Source of the DNA: an uncultured Candidatus Saccharibacteria bacterium
GTDB taxonomy: Bacteria; Patescibacteriota; Minisyncoccia; Phycocordibacterales; CAYQYW01
Length of the DNA: 63,280 nucleotides
Assembly: GCA_964421995.1 (NCBI GenBank)
Contig: CAYQYW010000006.1
Coordinates: 1 to 63,280 of the forward strand
Reading direction: 5' to 3'
Shown: in pieces, positions 59,711 to 63,280 of the stretch
How the letters are laid out: every line of letters starts with the position of its first letter
Numbering within the stretch: position 1 is the stretch's first letter
Translations under genes and position numbers: made by a program
The notes under the pieces: generated by a model
The model's input: the letters and a program-made list of their open reading frames with translations, nothing else
What the model was told of the DNA's origin: nothing
Database searches by the model: none

Positions 59711-60530
59711 TCTTTATGTACTCTATAGTAGAACATAGTCCTTGATCAAGTGACACTGTTGGCTTCCAGCCAAGTATTTCGTTTGCTTTGGTTGCGTCTG
59801 CACAAGAATAACGAATATCTCCAGTTCTTTCTTCTCTAAAAACTATTTTTGAACTTGAATTTGTTAAGTTAATTATTTTCTCTGCGAGTTCCAACATAGT
59901 AAGCGTGGTACCCGACCCAAGATTAAATACCTCAAAATCTCCTAGATCTTTTTCAGAGACTGAAACGGCAGCATTTAACACATCATCAACATATACAAAA
60001 TCTCTCACATGACCCCCATCACCATTAATCAGTAAGTCTTCACCTTGTAAAGCATTATTAATAAAAATAGTTATTACTCCGGCATACTCCTCCGATTGTC
60101 GAGGACCATAAAGATTAAAAGGTCGTAAAACAACGGTTGGTATGGACGACTCCTTAAGAATATTCTCCCCGTCAATCTTATTCTGTGCGTAATTAGACAT
60201 TGGTCGTAATTCATCGGATTCAACTATTTTCCTATCGTGCTCACCATATATTGCAGCACTACTAAAAAAAATAATTTTCTCTACATCAGTATTTGCAACA
60301 TTTTGTGTACCAACCACATTGTTTTGATAATAGAGCTCTGGCTTCTCTTCACCTTCTGGAACACTTATTTTTGCGGCACAATGAAAAACAGTGTTGACAC
60401 CAGATAAATATTTGTCTAGTGTCTCTACATCCAAAATATCTAAACCAGATTTTATATCGTAAGACAGCGCTCCTGTACGAGCTACAATATGTGATCCAAT
60501 AAATCCTTCTCCTCCTGTTACAATGTCCAT
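59703..60530 (-). CDS. NAD-dependent epimerase/dehydratase (short-chain, GalE-like)
   Basis: 275 aa. Rossmann motif TGGEGFIGSH and the catalytic YAQNK (YxxxK). Confidence 0.75.
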   Translation of the reverse strand: MDIVTGGEGFIGSHIVARTGALSYDIKSGLDILDVETLDKYLSGVNTVFHCAAKISVPEGEEKPELYYQNNVVGTQNVANTDVEKIIFFSSAAIYGEHDRKIVESDELRPMSNYAQNKIDGENILKESSIPTVVLRPFNLYGPRQSEEYAGVITIFINNALQGEDLLINGDGGHVRDFVYVDDVLNAAVSVSEKDLGDFEVFNLGSGTTLTMLELAEKIINLTNSSSKIVFREERTGDIRYSCADATKANEILGWKPTVSLDQGLCSTIEYIKSD

Positions 60531-60542
60531 ACTTTATATAAC

Positions 60543-60740
60543 CTAGTTAAGAGAATTGGGTTTCTTTTTCATCATCCTTCTGTGTAAATAGAAGTTAGAT
60601 AATGCAATCAGTCCCATAAGAGACATTCCTGAAGCCATAAGGAGATTGTCCTTTTGGAACCACACGTAGGCTATATACAAGAGTGCTAGAGCTCCAAGAA
60701 ATATTATCCACATTGATAATTGATGTAAAAATTCATCCAT
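60543..60740 (-). CDS. Small two-TM membrane protein
   Basis: 65 aa. Two hydrophobic helices and a basic C-terminal tail, 12 nt upstream of the epimerase gene. Confidence 0.4.
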   Translation of the reverse strand: MDEFLHQLSMWIIFLGALALLYIAYVWFQKDNLLMASGMSLMGLIALSNFYLHRRMMKKKPNSLN

Positions 60741-60762
60741 AAAATAAGTATATCAGTCAAAT

Positions 60763-60788
60763 AAAAAAACACCTCGCGAAGAGGTGTT
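60763..60788 (-). terminator. Intrinsic terminator after the tRNA-Leu/tRNA-His pair
   Basis: AACACCUC-UUCGC-GAGGUGUU hairpin followed on the minus strand by UUUUUUUAU. Confidence 0.7.
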
Positions 60789-60792
60789 TAAC

Positions 60793-60868
60793 TGGGGCGG
60801 CTACCGGGAATTGAACCCGAATTGACAGTACCACAAACTGTAGTGTTGACCGTTACACCATAGCCGCC
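60793..60868 (-). tRNA. tRNA-His (GUG), with G-1 and the 3' CCA both encoded
   Basis: The sequence folds by hand into a cloverleaf. It has an 8-bp acceptor stem including G-1:C73, a UUGUGGU anticodon loop and a TTCAATT T-loop, and it ends in CCA. Confidence 0.9.
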
Positions 60869-60961
60869 ATATTTTCTTAGTCTATATGACCAGACGATGA
60901 CAATTATGGCAGAGATAGGCCAAATTAGCAACTTTCAATTTAAAAACGACTGGTTACTCTG

Positions 60962-61045
60962 TGCCCAGGAGAGGATTTGAACCTCCACGGGATTGCTCCC
61001 ACAGCCCCCTCAAGGCTGCATGTCTACCAATTTCATCACCTGGGC
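60962..61045 (-). tRNA. tRNA-Leu (GAG), class II with a long variable arm, no encoded CCA
   Basis: Acceptor GCCCAGG/CCTGGGC plus A73, a TTGAGGG anticodon loop, a 14-nt variable arm and a GGAGG-TTCAAAT-CCTCT T arm. Confidence 0.9.
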
Positions 61046-61060
61046 ATTGAAGTTATTTTA

Positions 61061-61522
61061 CTACTCTTCCTTCTTTTCTTCTACTTTCTCTTCAGTTGAA
61101 GCTTCCTCTGTAACTGGCGTCTCTTCTATTTTTGCTTTAGATTTTTCCTCAAGATCACTCTGTGTTGAGATGTTTAGGAATCGGGCATTTCTCATCTGTC
61201 GCTTAATTTCTCGAGCCACCTTATCTCTAATGTAGTACAGTTTTGATCGTCGAACTCGTGATCGTTTTAGTATTTCAATCTTATCAATCATTGGAGAATA
61301 CAGAGGATAAATCTTCTCTACTCCAACTCCACCAGTTGTTCGTCGTACAGTAAATGTCGCTCCAGCTTCAGTTCCGTGCTTCACAGCAAGCACCAAACCT
61401 TCAAAAGCCTGTAGTCGAGTCTTTCCTTTTTCTTGGATCTTCTGCCACACACGAACAGTATCTCCTGGTCGCACGCCAAGTTTCTTTCGATCCTCAATAT
61501 TTACTGGTGATTGTATATTCAT
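61061..61522 (-). CDS. rplS: Ribosomal protein bL19 with an acidic C-terminal extension
   Basis: 153 aa. An L19 core (GDTVRVWQKIQEKGKTRLQAFEGLVLAVKH) is followed by the tail EEKSKAKIEETPVTEEASTEEKVEEKKEE. Confidence 0.9.
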   Translation of the reverse strand: MNIQSPVNIEDRKKLGVRPGDTVRVWQKIQEKGKTRLQAFEGLVLAVKHGTEAGATFTVRRTTGGVGVEKIYPLYSPMIDKIEILKRSRVRRSKLYYIRDKVAREIKRQMRNARFLNISTQSDLEEKSKAKIEETPVTEEASTEEKVEEKKEE

Positions 61523-61567
61523 AAATAAAAATGCTACCGTTGTAGCAGGGCTAGTCTAGCATAATCA

Positions 61568-62281
61568 TTAGGTATTTTCAATCATTTTCAGGGCATTCTT
61601 GAAATCCTCTGGTAATTTAGCCTCAAATACCTTTTTCTCTCCGTTTAAGAGTTCTAATGCTAGAGATTTAGCATGGAGTGCCACTCTATCAAACTGAAGA
61701 GGGCAACCCCTCTTTACTGCATAGAGCTTGTCACATATAACCGGATAATTAATGGCTTTCAGATGAACTCTTATTTGATGGGTGCGCCCCGTTTTCGGAC
61801 GAAGTTCAATAAACGAATAATCCTTCCCTCTTTTTAGCACAGAGTATTCTGTGCTAGCTTCTCGAAGATTTCCTCCCGCTCCGGGCTGAGCTGACCAAAG
61901 TCGTAATCCTTTTTTACTTCTCCCAATTCTACGATCAATTACTCCGTCGTCATTTTTTACTCTTCCGTACACAAACGCGTTATATACTTTCTTTACCACA
62001 CGATTCTGAAATTGTTTTTTTAGATGCAAAAATGAATCTTGATTCTTTGCAATGATCAATACCCCACTTGTCTCTCTATCGAGCCTATGTACAATTCCAG
62101 GACGTTCAACTACTTCACCGTTCTGAAGCGTCATCGACTCCCCCACACCAGAAACCTCTGGGTACTGTTGTAGCATCCAATCACTCACCGTTACCTCAGT
62201 ATTTTTCCCATCAGGATGAACCATCATTCCTGATGGCTTATCAACCACTACGACGTCACTGTCTTCATATATGATGTTCAT
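61568..62281 (-). CDS. RluA-family pseudouridine synthase (RluD-like, no S4 domain)
   Basis: 237 aa. Catalytic block HRLDRETSGVLIIAK and the TGRTHQIRVH block. Confidence 0.85.
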   Translation of the reverse strand: MNIIYEDSDVVVVDKPSGMMVHPDGKNTEVTVSDWMLQQYPEVSGVGESMTLQNGEVVERPGIVHRLDRETSGVLIIAKNQDSFLHLKKQFQNRVVKKVYNAFVYGRVKNDDGVIDRRIGRSKKGLRLWSAQPGAGGNLREASTEYSVLKRGKDYSFIELRPKTGRTHQIRVHLKAINYPVICDKLYAVKRGCPLQFDRVALHAKSLALELLNGEKKVFEAKLPEDFKNALKMIENT

Positions 62282-62910
62282 GTTCCAAGTCTTCGCTCTC
62301 TATTCTTGTATGACTCAAGAATACCTAAAAACTCTTCTTTCGTGAAATCGGGCCAATAGGTATCTACAAAAAATAACTCACTGTAAACTGAGTTCCAGGT
62401 AAGAAATCCTGACAATCGTTTCTCTCCTCCTGTACGAATTATAATATCTGGATCTGGTAGCCCTTTTGTCCAAAGATTTTCTTCTATATTCCCCTTCTCT
62501 GCGGCTTGCAAGATATCTGCTCTGCCACCATAGGAAAGTGCAACTACTGCAGTAATACCGGTGTTATCTTTTGTCATCTCCTCAGCCTTCACGATAAGTT
62601 CCTGTATGTCTTTTTCAAACCGTTCCCGTTGACCGATAACTACCACTTTCACATTTTTTTTATTCAAAACATCTATCTCTTTATCAAAAAATTGTCTAAA
62701 AAGGCCCATCAAATATGAAATCTCTTTTTCAGTTCTACTCCAATTCTCAGTAGAAAACACATATAGGAACACCGTTCCCACATCATCTTTCGCAGCAGTA
62801 ACAATCTCTTTTACGTTTAAAAGTCCTTTTCGGTGACCTTCCAATGTTGGTAATCCTTTCTCTTTTGCCCACCGTCGATTACCATCCAAAATTATTCCAA
62901 CACTAATCAT
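62278..62910 (-). CDS. uppS: Undecaprenyl-diphosphate synthase (cis-prenyltransferase)
   Basis: 210 aa. ILDGNRRWAKEKG, FSTENWSR and RTGGEKRLSGFLTWNS blocks. Confidence 0.9.
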   Translation of the reverse strand: MISVGIILDGNRRWAKEKGLPTLEGHRKGLLNVKEIVTAAKDDVGTVFLYVFSTENWSRTEKEISYLMGLFRQFFDKEIDVLNKKNVKVVVIGQRERFEKDIQELIVKAEEMTKDNTGITAVVALSYGGRADILQAAEKGNIEENLWTKGLPDPDIIIRTGGEKRLSGFLTWNSVYSELFFVDTYWPDFTKEEFLGILESYKNRERRLGT

Positions 62911-62912
62911 TA

Positions 62913-63182
62913 CTATAATATGCTAAATCCCGTAAATTGCTCACTCGGTTCCACCCATCTTGTCGAAACACCTTCAACATTAGATAGTAGAGGTCCTTTA
63001 TGTAATAACTCTATATATCTTGTTAAGGTTTCCTCATTTCCCTGTGCTACAATACAGACTGACCCGTCTTTTAGGTTCTGTACTGTACCACGAATCCTCA
63101 GATTTCTCGCCATACGTTGTGCAAAGTCCCGAAACATCACCAACTGAACACGCCCTGTAACACGTACATTAATTTCTTTCAT
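62913..63182 (-). CDS. acyP: Acylphosphatase
   Basis: 89 aa. VTGRVQLVMFRDF...RGTVQNLKDGSV...GP pattern. Confidence 0.75.
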   Translation of the reverse strand: MKEINVRVTGRVQLVMFRDFAQRMARNLRIRGTVQNLKDGSVCIVAQGNEETLTRYIELLHKGPLLSNVEGVSTRWVEPSEQFTGFSIL

Positions 63183-63226
63183 GTCCTTGATTATAGCTTG
63201 TTTTTGTATATACTTCTCTACGTAGA

Positions 63227-63280
63227 GGGCGATTAGCTCAGTTGGCTAGAGCAGTTCGTTTACACCGAAAAGGTCGGGGG
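63227..63280 (+). tRNA. tRNA-Val (UAC), 3' part cut by the window end
   Basis: GGGCGAT acceptor, AGCTCAGTTGGCTAGAGC D arm and a TTTACAC anticodon loop. The sequence stops in the T stem. Confidence 0.8.

Overview
This 63.3-kb window is compact (about 90% coding) and AT-rich. Its gene content and rRNA peculiarities fit a small-genome Patescibacteria/CPR (Parcubacteria-like) bacterium, though that placement is inference. It holds about 60 protein genes, mostly housekeeping: SecDF/SecE, NusG, RecA, RecO, FtsK, EF-P, four aminoacyl-tRNA synthetases, ribosomal proteins L7/L12, L10, L11, L19, S6 and S18, a folate/dTMP island, envelope glycosyltransferases, an extracytoplasmic thiol-disulfide module and several transporters. 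It also holds three tRNAs and a full but unlinked rRNA set. The 16S gene (1-1451, minus strand) lies 10.3 kb downstream of a 23S-5S unit (11777-16905, minus strand). The main finding is that the 23S gene is about 4.9 kb long because four group I introns interrupt it. By my from-memory alignment to E. coli numbering, they sit at U1931, ~U2262, U2500 (peptidyl-transferase centre) and U2656 (inside the sarcin-ricin loop). One intron carries an intact single-motif LAGLIDADG homing endonuclease, one keeps only a decayed C-terminal remnant, and two have no ORF. Other points worth a second look:
- No Shine-Dalgarno motifs appear upstream of start codons, and the visible 16S 3' tail is atypical.
- -10-like boxes abut many start codons, suggesting leaderless mRNAs.
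- secE-nusG-rplK is not followed by rplA, and rplJ-rplL are displaced 28 kb away behind a structured leader.
- A 1176-aa wall-binding surface protein contains six divergent repeats.

I found no CRISPR array, transposase, prophage or recognisable defence system. All coordinates were derived by eye and may be off by 1-2 nt.
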